The notes under the pieces are model-generated. The model was given only the letters and a program-made list of their open reading frames with translations. It did no database searches and was not told the origin of the DNA. Source: a virus. From it: a stretch of DNA of 64,000 nt. A program made the translations under genes and the position numbers. Below, piece after piece: positions 1 to 8,699 of the stretch. Numbering within the stretch: the stretch's first letter is position 1; every line of letters begins with the position of its first letter. Location: IMG/VR virus record IMGVR_UViG_3300033183_000491, positions 1 through 64,000 of that record; one strand, 5' to 3'.

Positions 1-9
1 ATTATTCCT

Positions 10-65
10 AATCTATTAGCTGACTTGAGTTTCATACGTCTTGTTTCGTCAATCTCAGTCTAGAC
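10..65 (-). repeat. conserved ~57-nt intergenic element, copy A (homologous to 1550-1606)
   Basis: aatctattagctgactt..tcatac.tct..ttcgtcaat..tctagac aligns with 1550-1606 at roughly 3 of 4 positions. It lies directly 3' of the stop of 67-678 on the minus strand and ends in the GTCTAGAC palindrome. Confidence 0.6.
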
Positions 66-66
66 A

Positions 67-678
67 CTAAACGAATATAATAGCGATTATGACAATTATA
101 AACACCCAAAATAAATTCTCTCTTCTATTTTGATCACAACCTTGTTCATCAAAATCTTCTTTGTCTTTCGGTATATAGAATATACCTTCATTTGTAACAT
201 TATTTTGATCTCTGTTAAATGTTTTTTCAATTTCTAAGGAATTACATAAGTCACCCCATAAACGAGGACAGACATCATTTGAGTTATTAATATAGTCTCC
301 ATCCAAATCGTCGTCACAATGATCGCCTAAACCGTCTCCATCTAGGTCTTCTTGATAAGGATTATAATAATCTAAACAATTGTCACATAAATCTCCTATT
401 CCATCTCCATCCATATCATATTGATAAGGATTACCTTGTCTCATACAATTATCAGATGGGTCTTCTATCCCGTCATCATCATAGTCGTCTGCATGTTGAT
501 ATGAATCTCCTAAATCTGTATTTGCAATTAATACAGACCCTTTTCCTCCTCCTCCTCCTCCACTTTGATTTGGTGTGCCACAATCCTCATATTGTTTGTC
601 ACATTCATAACTTTGACCATATGATACATTATTCATAAAAACAAAGATCATTAAACAGAAGAAAAAATATGATTTCAT
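67..678 (-). CDS. secreted/anchored thrombospondin type-3-like Ca-binding repeat protein
   Basis: Signal peptide MKSYFFFCLMIFVFMNNVSYG and a Gly6 linker. Asp-rich DxDxDGxxDxxDxC repeats (DDDGIEDPSDNC, DMDGDGIGDLCDNC, DLDGDGLGDHCDDDLDGD). C-terminal hydrophobic anchor LFWVFIIVIIAIIFV. Confidence 0.7.
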   Translation of the reverse strand: MKSYFFFCLMIFVFMNNVSYGQSYECDKQYEDCGTPNQSGGGGGGKGSVLIANTDLGDSYQHADDYDDDGIEDPSDNCMRQGNPYQYDMDGDGIGDLCDNCLDYYNPYQEDLDGDGLGDHCDDDLDGDYINNSNDVCPRLWGDLCNSLEIEKTFNRDQNNVTNEGIFYIPKDKEDFDEQGCDQNRRENLFWVFIIVIIAIIFV

Positions 679-679
679 T

Positions 680-1504
680 TTAATATCCTTTGATTAGGTG
701 AATCCACCCAGGTAAATATGATGACCCATTTGAAGTGAAAACAGCCTTTTCAAATTCTGCTTTATGATATTTTGTTATACCATTATAACTCCCTGAATAG
801 CCACATTTAAAGCACTCGTCCCATTTTCCAGCAGGATCATTGACATAATAAAAGTTATCTTTATATCCTCTAACAACAAGAACATGTCCTGCTGATGTGA
901 AATATCCATGAACAATAGCAATATACCCTTGTTGTAATGAATCGATTAAATCTTCTGGAGATGCGTTAGTATAAGTATTTATTGTACTATTAGCTGCATA
1001 GTTTCGATAAACAGAGTTTAATCCCGAAGGTGACTGTGCTGTATTTTTTCCATATCTTAAAAAAATTTCATCAGGAGAAATTGTGTATTGGAAATGACTA
1101 AGAATCATTGCAACTGAAGTGTTTTGACAAGTAGATGATGGTGAATATTCGTTGTCATATTGATTATAGTACGGGATGTCTAATATTTCTTCATTGTCTA
1201 AATTATTTGTATCAATATTACTCCAAAGATTTTCTGGACTAGATTCAATATCACAAAGTATAGAAGGATCTCCTAAAATAACACATGCACAAGGTCCTTC
1301 TACACAATCTTTTTGTTTTTCTTGGAAATTGTATTTAACAGCATGCAATGAGTATATACATCCGACATCACATGTAGACCCAGCGTGAAAAGTTTCAGAA
1401 TATGATTTATCTCTAAAGTCTGTTGTGTATCCTTTATAATCATCTAATTCTGAAGAGCATGATAAAACGAATAATGCATTTAATAGTAAAACTAATATTT
1501 TCAT
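680..1504 (-). CDS. lipoprotein with C39-like (papain-fold) cysteine peptidase domain
   Basis: Lipobox LFVLSC-SS. YYNQYDNEYSPSSTCQNTSVAMILSHF (candidate Cys) and GHVLVVRGYKDNFYYVNDP (candidate His) fit the Peptidase_C39_2-type pattern. The stop is 1 nt from the next start. Confidence 0.6.
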   Translation of the reverse strand: MKILVLLLNALFVLSCSSELDDYKGYTTDFRDKSYSETFHAGSTCDVGCIYSLHAVKYNFQEKQKDCVEGPCACVILGDPSILCDIESSPENLWSNIDTNNLDNEEILDIPYYNQYDNEYSPSSTCQNTSVAMILSHFQYTISPDEIFLRYGKNTAQSPSGLNSVYRNYAANSTINTYTNASPEDLIDSLQQGYIAIVHGYFTSAGHVLVVRGYKDNFYYVNDPAGKWDECFKCGYSGSYNGITKYHKAEFEKAVFTSNGSSYLPGWIHLIKGY

Positions 1505-1549
1505 AAGACTCCTAACTAATTCAATTATATCTATTGCTAGACTATGTTA

Positions 1550-1606
1550 AATCTATTAAGTGACTTACATGTCATACCTCTCGCTTCGTCAATTTCTCGG
1601 TCTAGA
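1550..1606 (-). repeat. conserved ~57-nt intergenic element, copy B (homologous to 10-65)
   Basis: aatctattaagtgactt..tcatacctctcgcttcgtcaatttctcggtctaga. It sits between the terminator of 1671-2015 and the start of 680-1504, so a promoter or operator role is plausible. An extra half-site, atctattgctagac, lies at 1529-1542. Confidence 0.6.
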
Positions 1607-1620
1607 TCTTTTTTTAGATA

Positions 1621-1646
1621 CAAAAAAACCAGCATGAAGCTGGTTT
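1621..1646 (-). terminator. rho-independent terminator after 1671-2015
   Basis: Minus strand reads AAACCAGC-TTCAT-GCTGGTTT followed by a T7 run. It is the only GC-rich hairpin in this AT-rich spacer, 25 nt after the stop. Confidence 0.75.
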
Positions 1647-1670
1647 AATAAGTTATCTATTTACTTAGAA

Positions 1671-2015
1671 TTAATAATCAATTCCTGGAATGTGACCTTT
1701 TGCACGATATGCTGGAGGCCTTCTTTCAGCTCTCATGCGAGCTCTTTCTTCTCTTTCTTGATCTAATCTTTTTGCGTCTTCTTTTGAATAACTTCCTGCA
1801 ACATTACCTGGTTTAATGTTGTTTCTTGTTTCCCAATCGAATAAATCGTTTTCAAATTCTACTTGTCCCATTTCTGTCGGGGAATATTGATCTCTAACAG
1901 GTTTAGGATCATCAGAAAAATCTAGTTGAGATTCGTCAAACTCATCATGAAATTGAGTTGACTCTTTAATAACACTTCTAATGATTTGTCTAAGACGTCT
2001 TTCAGTAATTTTCAT
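1671..2015 (-). CDS. hypothetical protein, N-terminal leader family (MKITERRLR type)
   Basis: Starts MKITERRLRQIIRSVIKES, near-identical to the N-termini of 45811-46209 and 45385-45750. The first 11 nt are identical across all three ORFs at the DNA level. Confidence 0.7.
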   Translation of the reverse strand: MKITERRLRQIIRSVIKESTQFHDEFDESQLDFSDDPKPVRDQYSPTEMGQVEFENDLFDWETRNNIKPGNVAGSYSKEDAKRLDQEREERARMRAERRPPAYRAKGHIPGIDY

Positions 2016-2072
2016 ATTATCTCCAGTTTAATAAACGTTTATATAGTATTATATATTACTTTATAGACAAGT

Positions 2073-2279
2073 TTATTCTATAACTGTTAAAGAAGATCTT
2101 GAAGCAACATCGATAGAGCCATCTTCAAACATAATATCATACTTTGATTGTAACTCTAGATTATCTGATATCGGGAAAGAAAATTTATATTTTCTAATTA
2201 CTAGTACTGTGTTTCCTCTAAAGTTGCACATTTTTCCTGTTAAGTCTTCTTTAGTATTAGAATTTTCTTTCATTTCCAT
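2073..2279 (-). CDS. hypothetical small protein
   Basis: 68-aa ORF that fills the gap. It overlaps the ligase stop by 23 nt. No motif recognised. Confidence 0.45.
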   Translation of the reverse strand: MEMKENSNTKEDLTGKMCNFRGNTVLVIRKYKFSFPISDNLELQSKYDIMFEDGSIDVASRSSLTVIE

Positions 2280-3549
2280 GAATTACCTTTATAACTGGGA
2301 ATCTTAGTGAATAATCACCATTTTGATTTTGAGTTTCTTCAAAATACTGAACTGTAATAGTTTTATTTAAGATGTCGTTAGGATTTTTATAAAGATGTTT
2401 TCTTTGATCAATAGTAAATCCGCTTCCAACTCGAACTTCATTTCCTTTGTGTTCGATAGAGATGCCACTTAGCATTTCTTCTTCAACTTCAATGCCTTCT
2501 TTAATATATCTAATAGGACCAAAGAAAGCTTGCTTAACAATATACTCATCATCATAAAAAGTTTTTACTTTTAAGATATCATCAGATCTTTTACCTTTAT
2601 ATGTAGAATCCTTTCTAATCATTATTCCTTCCCATCCTTTTTCAGAAGCTTTAGTATTTAATTGTTCTAATTCGCTGAATGATGTTATGGGTGTTTGTTC
2701 AAGGAAGTCAAGATGCTTTAATTTTTTTCCTAAAAGAAGGTTTTGTAACGCTAGAATTCTTTGAGAGAATATACCTGTTTCACTATAACCTTTTGAAAAT
2801 ATTTTGTATGGGATGAAGTCAAAAATCTGAAATAGACCATTATGAATAGTATGGTCTTTTCTTCCTATTTCTTTCATTATGTCTTGAAAGTCTTCGTTTC
2901 CTTCTTCATCTACAATACACATTTCTCCGTCATAAACAATATTTTTTACGCCAAGATTTTCAATTTCTTTTTCTATTAGAGATAAAGTGTGAAATTGTTT
3001 TCCAGACCTAGCAAAAGATTTAGCCTTTCCTTTTTCATCTACGATGATTAAACATCTGACTCCATCAAGTTTTCTTGAGACGTACCAAACATCTTTTTCT
3101 AGATTAATTTTTTTCTTTGTTTTTTCGTCATATTTATTTGCCAAAGCAACATTGAAAGTCGGAATTAATCCAGGACAGGCTTTATTAATAAGTTTTGATG
3201 ATACTCTAATTTTTAAGTTTCTATCTAATATAAGATAGAATAATTCCTTATACTCAGGATTATTCAGAATGAACCCGTTTGATTCTTTTATTGCTTTATG
3301 ACCAGTAATTAATCTTTGGTTTAAAGAGTCAAGCAGATCAAAAATAGAAACAAATTTAGTATCTAAATTAGCTAAGTCTTTTCTTTTTTCTAAGTTTTTA
3401 GAAGTAATATTATATTGCATAAAAGTATTATAGGTATAGTATAAAACTTTTCTTACTTCATGACTTGATGATCTCATAATATCTACTTTATCATTTGAAG
3501 AAGTAGAACAATTCATTTTTAAAATAAAGTCGTTAATATCTTCGATCAC
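2257..3549 (-). CDS. ATP-dependent DNA ligase
   Basis: Adenylation motif I KxDG (VSRKLDGVRCLI), motif III YDGEM, motif IV EGIMIRK and motif V DDILKVK, in the correct order and spacing. Confidence 0.9.
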   Translation of the reverse strand: MIEDINDFILKMNCSTSSNDKVDIMRSSSHEVRKVLYYTYNTFMQYNITSKNLEKRKDLANLDTKFVSIFDLLDSLNQRLITGHKAIKESNGFILNNPEYKELFYLILDRNLKIRVSSKLINKACPGLIPTFNVALANKYDEKTKKKINLEKDVWYVSRKLDGVRCLIIVDEKGKAKSFARSGKQFHTLSLIEKEIENLGVKNIVYDGEMCIVDEEGNEDFQDIMKEIGRKDHTIHNGLFQIFDFIPYKIFSKGYSETGIFSQRILALQNLLLGKKLKHLDFLEQTPITSFSELEQLNTKASEKGWEGIMIRKDSTYKGKRSDDILKVKTFYDDEYIVKQAFFGPIRYIKEGIEVEEEMLSGISIEHKGNEVRVGSGFTIDQRKHLYKNPNDILNKTITVQYFEETQNQNGDYSLRFPVIKVIHGNERKF

Positions 3550-3746
3550 TTGAAAACCTCGACAATTTTTATTGCTGTAACGTAAGCCATACTAAAAAAT
3601 ATCATTTCAAGAATACAAAACAAGCTCATCGTAATAAAGAAAACAATCTGATTTAATTTATAAATTTCTTTATTATGTTGAGCTTGATCATATGCTATAG
3701 CAATATTAAATAGTAGGATAAAAAATAATCCTAACGGATATATCAT
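3546..3746 (-). CDS. small membrane protein (2 TM)
   Basis: 66 aa with two hydrophobic helices (LGLFFILLFNIAIA, FFITMSLFCILEMIFFSMAYV). Start and stop overlap the neighbouring genes. Confidence 0.55.
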   Translation of the reverse strand: MIYPLGLFFILLFNIAIAYDQAQHNKEIYKLNQIVFFITMSLFCILEMIFFSMAYVTAIKIVEVFK

Positions 3747-3970
3747 TATTTAATATTATCAATGTCAGCTTCAGCTGAAATTGCAACGGCTTCTAAAAAG
3801 ATTTTAGAATTATATGGGATTCTCTTGTTAGTTTGTGCGCATCTATCATAAACAGCTTGTACCCTTCTTAGTGCATCCTTTGGAGAAGTCGCTTCAAAAA
3901 CGTAATCTACAACGCTTTTCTCGTATTCACCTAGTCCATGTCGATCAATTGTAATTTTATATCTCATCAT
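3746..3970 (-). CDS. hypothetical protein
   Basis: 74-aa ORF, in an operon-like arrangement with ATGA-type overlap. Confidence 0.55.
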   Translation of the reverse strand: MMRYKITIDRHGLGEYEKSVVDYVFEATSPKDALRRVQAVYDRCAQTNKRIPYNSKIFLEAVAISAEADIDNIK

Positions 3971-3987
3971 AATATTTTTCCTTTTTA

Positions 3988-4152
3988 TTAATTAGTGTAA
4001 AGTTTTGCTGCGTTTTCTGCTAGTTGTTTTGATTTGTACTTTCCAATATAGGTCCAACCTTGGGACCATTTATTTTCAGCCTTATGATAAAGTTTAATTT
4101 GGTTGTTGTCTTTAACCATCTTAAAAGTTTCTGTGTTAAAATTATATAACAT
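3988..4152 (-). CDS. hypothetical small protein (below the ORF-track cutoff)
   Basis: My own translation of an otherwise empty ~200-nt gap gives MLYNFNTETFKMVKDNNQIKLYHKAENKWSQGWTYIGKYKSKQLAENAAKLYTN. It is on the same strand as its neighbours. Confidence 0.35.
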   Translation of the reverse strand: MLYNFNTETFKMVKDNNQIKLYHKAENKWSQGWTYIGKYKSKQLAENAAKLYTN

Positions 4153-4176
4153 AAATTTCTCTTTTATAAAAAAGTT

Positions 4177-5457
4177 TTACATATTAATGACAATGTCTGA
4201 TCTGTCATTTTCAAAAATTAGTTTGCAATTTTTAGCAAGAACCCAACATCTTTTAAGCCCTCGTGATAAAGAAGGTTTTGGAGCACCACCATCAGTAAGA
4301 ATAATATATCCATCAAATTTTTTCTTGTTTTTAATAGCATGTTTAGTTACAGCCTCAAAACAAGTTCCTCCAGATAATTGTCTTTTAATATGAGGTCTTT
4401 TGTTTTTCTTCCACAAAAATCCATTTTTATCATCTACTATGGAATCAAACCTGTAAAGATAGAAGTCTGTATTTTTAGATAATACATCTAATTCAGAATA
4501 GAACTTTGATAATTCTTCATTGGACACAGAACCGCTTTCATCAATATAAACAGCAATCATTGGACGATAGATTTTTTTATAACCAGGATAAACTCCCATA
4601 TATTTTTTATTTAATTTTCTGATAGATGATTGTCTTTCATCTTTTTTTGTATATCCACAAAATCTTTTTAGAAGAGACTCCCATTTGATTTTACTAGATA
4701 GCATTTTATAAATTTCTTGTCTTGCTTCAGAAGATACTGACCCCCAATGTCTATTTTCTGCTTCTTTGACTGCCTCTTTAACTAATTCTTTAATTTTACC
4801 TTGAAATAATTCTTTCTCACCTTCAGACATTTCGTCCCATCCATCATGATCATCAAATCCGATCATAACACTGTTTTCCATACCTTCAAGGAATTCTTTG
4901 ATTTCTGGGTCTGAAATTAGTTTTTCAAAATAATATTCTGATGTTTTATTTCTTGGTAAACTTTCGATTAAGCTTGATATCTTATTAAAATTATCGATCT
5001 CATCTTGTTTCATGTTTTTGATTTGATCTTTTGTTAAAGATAATTTTTTCCCGGGTATTAATCCACCTTTTGGAAGTTCTCTTTCTGGGATTGTAGAATT
5101 AATAGCTAAGTCTGTTCCATAATTCCAGATAATGCGTGGATCTCTTCTTCTATCAGTTGTATGTCCAAAAACTAAATGTAAACATTCATGTTTTAAAAGA
5201 CCAATAATTTCTTGTGTTTTAAGACTCGCTAGAAACTCTCTATTCCAATAAAGAGTAATATCACCATCGACACATGTAACACCAGCTGTTGGAATATCAG
5301 TAGTTTCTTGTTTATTTAAAGATCTAAGAATTCTACTATAAAAAGGTTCAGTCCAGAGAAAGTCTACTAAATACTTTGTAATATCAAAATTATCAATCTC
5401 CTCTTGAGAAACATCACGTTTAGAATAAAGATTATTGTTATTATCAGACTTACTCAT
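4177..5457 (-). CDS. VWA-domain protein with N-terminal putative metallopeptidase domain (DUF2201-like)
   Basis: HExxH (LLKHECLHLVFGH) preceded by EPFYSRIL..TAGVTCVDG..LYWN. MIDAS DxSxS motif (VYIDESGSVS). Sits directly downstream of a MoxR-like ATPase, the typical pairing. Confidence 0.8.
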   Translation of the reverse strand: MSKSDNNNNLYSKRDVSQEEIDNFDITKYLVDFLWTEPFYSRILRSLNKQETTDIPTAGVTCVDGDITLYWNREFLASLKTQEIIGLLKHECLHLVFGHTTDRRRDPRIIWNYGTDLAINSTIPERELPKGGLIPGKKLSLTKDQIKNMKQDEIDNFNKISSLIESLPRNKTSEYYFEKLISDPEIKEFLEGMENSVMIGFDDHDGWDEMSEGEKELFQGKIKELVKEAVKEAENRHWGSVSSEARQEIYKMLSSKIKWESLLKRFCGYTKKDERQSSIRKLNKKYMGVYPGYKKIYRPMIAVYIDESGSVSNEELSKFYSELDVLSKNTDFYLYRFDSIVDDKNGFLWKKNKRPHIKRQLSGGTCFEAVTKHAIKNKKKFDGYIILTDGGAPKPSLSRGLKRCWVLAKNCKLIFENDRSDIVINM

Positions 5458-5466
5458 TATATAGCC

Positions 5467-6549
5467 TTATTTGTTTAAGAGATCTTTGTTATTATTAACA
5501 ATGTCAACAACATATTGACCAATTTCTTTATGGAATTTCTGAATTGAATTCATATTCTTGCCTTTAGTCACGCAAGACCAAAAGTGGATCATCATCTCTT
5601 GAGAAATTGTCTTGCCTAGTTTTGCAGCGTTCCTAGCTTGGTCTACTGTCCAATCATTTGAAGATGAATGTTCACCAAGTCTTTCAATTAAAGAATTAAT
5701 TCTATCGTTGGACATTGATTCAATCTTCTTTTTACATTTATTAAAGCTACTTAGAAGATCTTCTGGTGTAACAACAATTTCATATTTATTAACAAAATCT
5801 GTAAATTCTACAGCGGTTTCTTGACCAATAAATCCAATTGCTGTATTAAAAATATCAAAATTTTCTCTGTTGTCAATTAAATTGATATTGTTGTATTTTA
5901 GTACTTCATCAAACCTTGCCCATGAAGCAGGTGTTGGAAATACATTCCCTGGATTAACTTTACTAAGATCAACAAATAGATGAGATGAACGTGTCTTTAA
6001 GAATTCAATGATTAAATTATCTACATTTTTAGATTTAGCCCAATCAATCCAATCTTCTTTTGTAGGTTCTAAATCGATAGTCCAAAACCTTCGTAAAAGA
6101 GCAGGATCCATTTCGTTTACATCATATTCATTACCATGGTTAATAGCAGCAAATATTCTTGTTTCTGGATGGATATTATATGGATTACCTTCTTCATCAT
6201 TTCCTAATTGCCTATCTAAAACAATTTGAAAGAATGATTGTTGAACTGTCGGAAGACCTCGGTTAAACTCATCTAAGAAAAGAATAACTGGTTCATTACA
6301 TGCCCTAACAAACCATGAAGGCATGCAAAAAGTCATAATGCCTTTTTCCTTCATACCTTCAATATCAGGAAAACCTTGAACATCACCTTCAGACATAATT
6401 GAAGCACGAACATCAATTAAAGGTAAAGATGTATTTAGAGAAATTTGATTAACTAGAGAAGATTTACCAACGCCAGTCATAGCTCTCATTAGAATAGCAT
6501 GATGAGGAGGAAGAGTTTCTACAATTTTCATGAAACTTTTAATATTCAA
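5467..6549 (-). CDS. MoxR/CobS-like AAA+ ATPase
   Basis: Walker A MTGVGKSS and Walker B ILFLDEFNR. TTG start with an AAGGA SD 7 nt upstream. Confidence 0.85.
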   Translation of the reverse strand: MNIKSFMKIVETLPPHHAILMRAMTGVGKSSLVNQISLNTSLPLIDVRASIMSEGDVQGFPDIEGMKEKGIMTFCMPSWFVRACNEPVILFLDEFNRGLPTVQQSFFQIVLDRQLGNDEEGNPYNIHPETRIFAAINHGNEYDVNEMDPALLRRFWTIDLEPTKEDWIDWAKSKNVDNLIIEFLKTRSSHLFVDLSKVNPGNVFPTPASWARFDEVLKYNNINLIDNRENFDIFNTAIGFIGQETAVEFTDFVNKYEIVVTPEDLLSSFNKCKKKIESMSNDRINSLIERLGEHSSSNDWTVDQARNAAKLGKTISQEMMIHFWSCVTKGKNMNSIQKFHKEIGQYVVDIVNNNKDLLNK

Positions 6550-6604
6550 TTTTTAGTCCTTTAAAAGTAAAGGGTTGAAGTTTAATTTATTATTATTATG
6601 GTTT

Positions 6605-6634
6605 ATTATAACTTTATTAATTTAAATTTACACA
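6605..6634 (-). promoter_or_regulatory. GTGTAAAT-N16-TATAAT class promoter candidate upstream of 5467-6549
   Basis: Minus strand: AAATGTGTAAATTTAAATTAATAAAGTTATAATAAACC. Confidence 0.6.
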
Positions 6635-6635
6635 T

Positions 6636-6983
6636 TTATAATCTATACTGAATTAGCATTATCAATACACTAAGAAGAGTACAAAGTGCTGTCTTTAAAG
6701 TAAAAGGTGATTCACCTAATGTGACATATGTTAAAATAGGATATACAAGATAAGATAGACCAAAAAATATAAATCTAGCAGACCATATTGATCCTCCTGA
6801 ATTGTTTACAAAATGTGTCCAAGCAAAGAGATATAGATAAGCTATAGGTAAACTAAAGACTATAATTATATAGTGATGTTTATCTTTGTAATAAGGATTT
6901 ATAAACTGGAGATTTTGTTGCAAAAATGTCAATGTTGCAGCAAAGACATATGCCAACAAAGCATGAATCATATTATTTAACAC
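6636..6983 (-). CDS. integral membrane protein (about 4 TM)
   Basis: 115 aa, four hydrophobic segments. Overlaps the stop of the upstream ATPase gene by 11 nt. Confidence 0.6.
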   Translation of the reverse strand: MLNNMIHALLAYVFAATLTFLQQNLQFINPYYKDKHHYIIIVFSLPIAYLYLFAWTHFVNNSGGSIWSARFIFFGLSYLVYPILTYVTLGESPFTLKTALCTLLSVLIMLIQYRL

Positions 6984-7722
6984 CTACCCGAGCGACTTCG
7001 TTAAAACCTTCTTTTTTAAGATCCAAGAAGAAAGTCCAACCCGCCCCACCAAATCTGTTTTTAATTGTTTCTAGTACCCTAAGACCTTTAAAGTCTTCAT
7101 CCTTTCTCTCAATAGAAAGATGTAACATAGCATCTACCATATGCTTAAGCTTTTGAGAACCAGCCATATTTCCACTTTTGTTTACTTGACCAATACAAAT
7201 TATATTTACATAATGTTCTTTTGCATAGTCAGTTAACATTTGAAGAGATCTAACAGCAGACTGACTGTTTGTATGATCTTCACCGTATTTTCCGTCATTA
7301 AGTGTTTGAAGAGAATCTACAATTAAGAAGAAAGGTTTATTAGGATTTTTTCTTCTTAAAGCATCACAATTTTTAATAAGCCTAGGGACATAAGATTCTT
7401 GCCCTGCAATAAAACCACTTTCTAAGTCGAGTCTTTCACATGTCATCTTTACCTGATATAAACTTTCTTCAGCTGTATTAAAGAGACATACATAACCTTG
7501 TTGAGTTAATGCATTCGCCAAAGTAAGCATTAGAGTAGTTTTACCTGCACCAGGTTCACCAGTAAAAAGTGTCATTGTAGAAGGTGTAAAACCTTCACCT
7601 CCAAAAGCAGCATCAATATAGTCTACACCACATGGATGTCTTTCTCGGAGTTTTGAAGGAATGTTAATGTCAAGAATGTTTGTTCCAAATGAAATGTTAT
7701 CTCTTTTAATATTGAGCTTCAT
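6973..7722 (-). CDS. RadA/Sms-like RecA-superfamily ATPase (ATPase core only)
   Basis: Walker A GEPGAGKTTL, Walker B FFLIVDSLQ and the RadA-specific KNRFG motif (ETIKNRFGGAG). No Zn-finger or Lon-like domain. Confidence 0.75.
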   Translation of the reverse strand: MKLNIKRDNISFGTNILDINIPSKLRERHPCGVDYIDAAFGGEGFTPSTMTLFTGEPGAGKTTLMLTLANALTQQGYVCLFNTAEESLYQVKMTCERLDLESGFIAGQESYVPRLIKNCDALRRKNPNKPFFLIVDSLQTLNDGKYGEDHTNSQSAVRSLQMLTDYAKEHYVNIICIGQVNKSGNMAGSQKLKHMVDAMLHLSIERKDEDFKGLRVLETIKNRFGGAGWTFFLDLKKEGFNEVARVGVK

Positions 7723-7767
7723 TTTTTATTTTCCTTTTAAAGGTTTAAAGGTTTTTATTTATGGTTT

Positions 7768-7797
7768 ATTATACCCTAAATTTATTAATTATACACA
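7768..7797 (-). promoter_or_regulatory. GTGTAAAT-class promoter candidate upstream of 6973-7722
   Basis: Minus strand: AAATGTGTATAATTAATAAATTTAGGGTATAATAAACC. The -10 context GTATAATAAACCATAA is shared with the 6605 copy. Confidence 0.6.
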
Positions 7798-7803
7798 TTT
7801 ATA

Positions 7804-8130
7804 TTAAATTTGCCTTAAAAATCTTCCATCTACTTGTTTTACAGAATTTTCGACAAGAACAAAGAAACAATTTTTTTCTACTCTTTTTGAAAAATATTCA
7901 TAGTCAGAAACAATAAGGCCAATAATATTATCTCCGTAAGTGAGTCTTACTAAATCATTTATTTTATAATTCCATCTTACAACAGACTTTTTTCTTTCAA
8001 ATCCTTCAGACTTAGTTACAGAATTTTTAGTTACTTTTGTTTTTGCGTTTCTGATTCTTGAAATAGCATCTTGATCTTTCGCTACAAGCTTATTCTTTAT
8101 TTCTTTTAATTGTTTTTTTGAAAGTGACAT
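7804..8130 (-). CDS. hypothetical protein with C-terminal SH3-like small-barrel module
   Basis: The C-terminus INDLVRLTYGDNIIGLIVSDYE resembles the small-protein family at 9211, 11184, 55003 and 57200-57879. Confidence 0.55.
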   Translation of the reverse strand: MSLSKKQLKEIKNKLVAKDQDAISRIRNAKTKVTKNSVTKSEGFERKKSVVRWNYKINDLVRLTYGDNIIGLIVSDYEYFSKRVEKNCFFVLVENSVKQVDGRFLRQI

Positions 8131-8170
8131 GTAAACCTCCTATTAGTATAATATATAGTTTTTATAAGAT

Positions 8171-8641
8171 TTACACGAATCTTGTCCTTATTGATTCTGC
8201 ATTAACATGTTTCCCATATAAAGATAAAAGACCAGATTTAATATATGACATAATACAATCAGACATATAAATATCGAATCTATCTTCTTCAATATAGAAT
8301 CCTAATTGCTGTGCAAGACTTTTTCCATAATTCCAAGCTAGAATTTCCTCGTTTAATGTGTGAACATATCCTTTTTTAGATCTAATATGATGAGGAGAGT
8401 TTTTGTTAAAACATGTTACATTTTTATGTCTTATATCATTATCAATAACTGCATGACCACTTTCGTGTAACAAACAAAATAATCTCTCTCTATATTTGAG
8501 ATTTTTATTGATATAAATAAGATTTAAATGTGGATACCATGCATCTTCAACAAAAGGTTCTTCAATAACCTTAATATTATAGTGGCTAATAAGGTGGCAT
8601 AAAAGGGTGTTATAATATTCTTTATAATTTGGTAATGACAT
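8171..8641 (-). CDS. ImmA/IrrE-like Zn metallopeptidase
   Basis: HExxH in the typical context (RERLFCLLHESGHAVID). Start moved to ATG 8641 (MSLPNY), which has GGAGG 7 nt upstream. The track start at 8668 lies inside the promoter -10. Confidence 0.55.
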   Translation of the reverse strand: MSLPNYKEYYNTLLCHLISHYNIKVIEEPFVEDAWYPHLNLIYINKNLKYRERLFCLLHESGHAVIDNDIRHKNVTCFNKNSPHHIRSKKGYVHTLNEEILAWNYGKSLAQQLGFYIEEDRFDIYMSDCIMSYIKSGLLSLYGKHVNAESIRTRFV

Positions 8642-8659
8642 TTTGTTTCCTCCAAACAT

Positions 8660-8689
8660 ATTATACAATTAAAAATTTATTAATTACAC
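8660..8689 (-). promoter_or_regulatory. GTGTAAAT-class promoter candidate upstream of 8171-8641
   Basis: Minus strand: AAGTGTAATTAATAAATTTTTAATTGTATAATATG. Confidence 0.55.
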
Positions 8690-8699
8690 TTAAGAATCT

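Noticed and set aside
10-65. TTGACG within the 57-nt repeat (minus strand) as a sigma-70 -35 hexamer.
   Set aside because: No acceptable -10 hexamer lies 16-18 nt downstream in either copy. The candidates are CTCAAG and TGTAAG. The element is therefore reported only as a conserved repeat of unknown regulatory function.
545-561. The (CCT/TCC)n microsatellite as a phase-variation switch.
   Set aside because: It is a triplet repeat encoding a Gly6 linker inside the TSP3 protein. Slippage would stay in frame, so it is not an on/off switch.
3994-4030. A plus-strand GTGTAAAG that resembles the promoter upstream element.
   Set aside because: No TATAAT-like -10 lies at the right distance, and no plus-strand gene follows. 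It falls inside a minus-strand small ORF.
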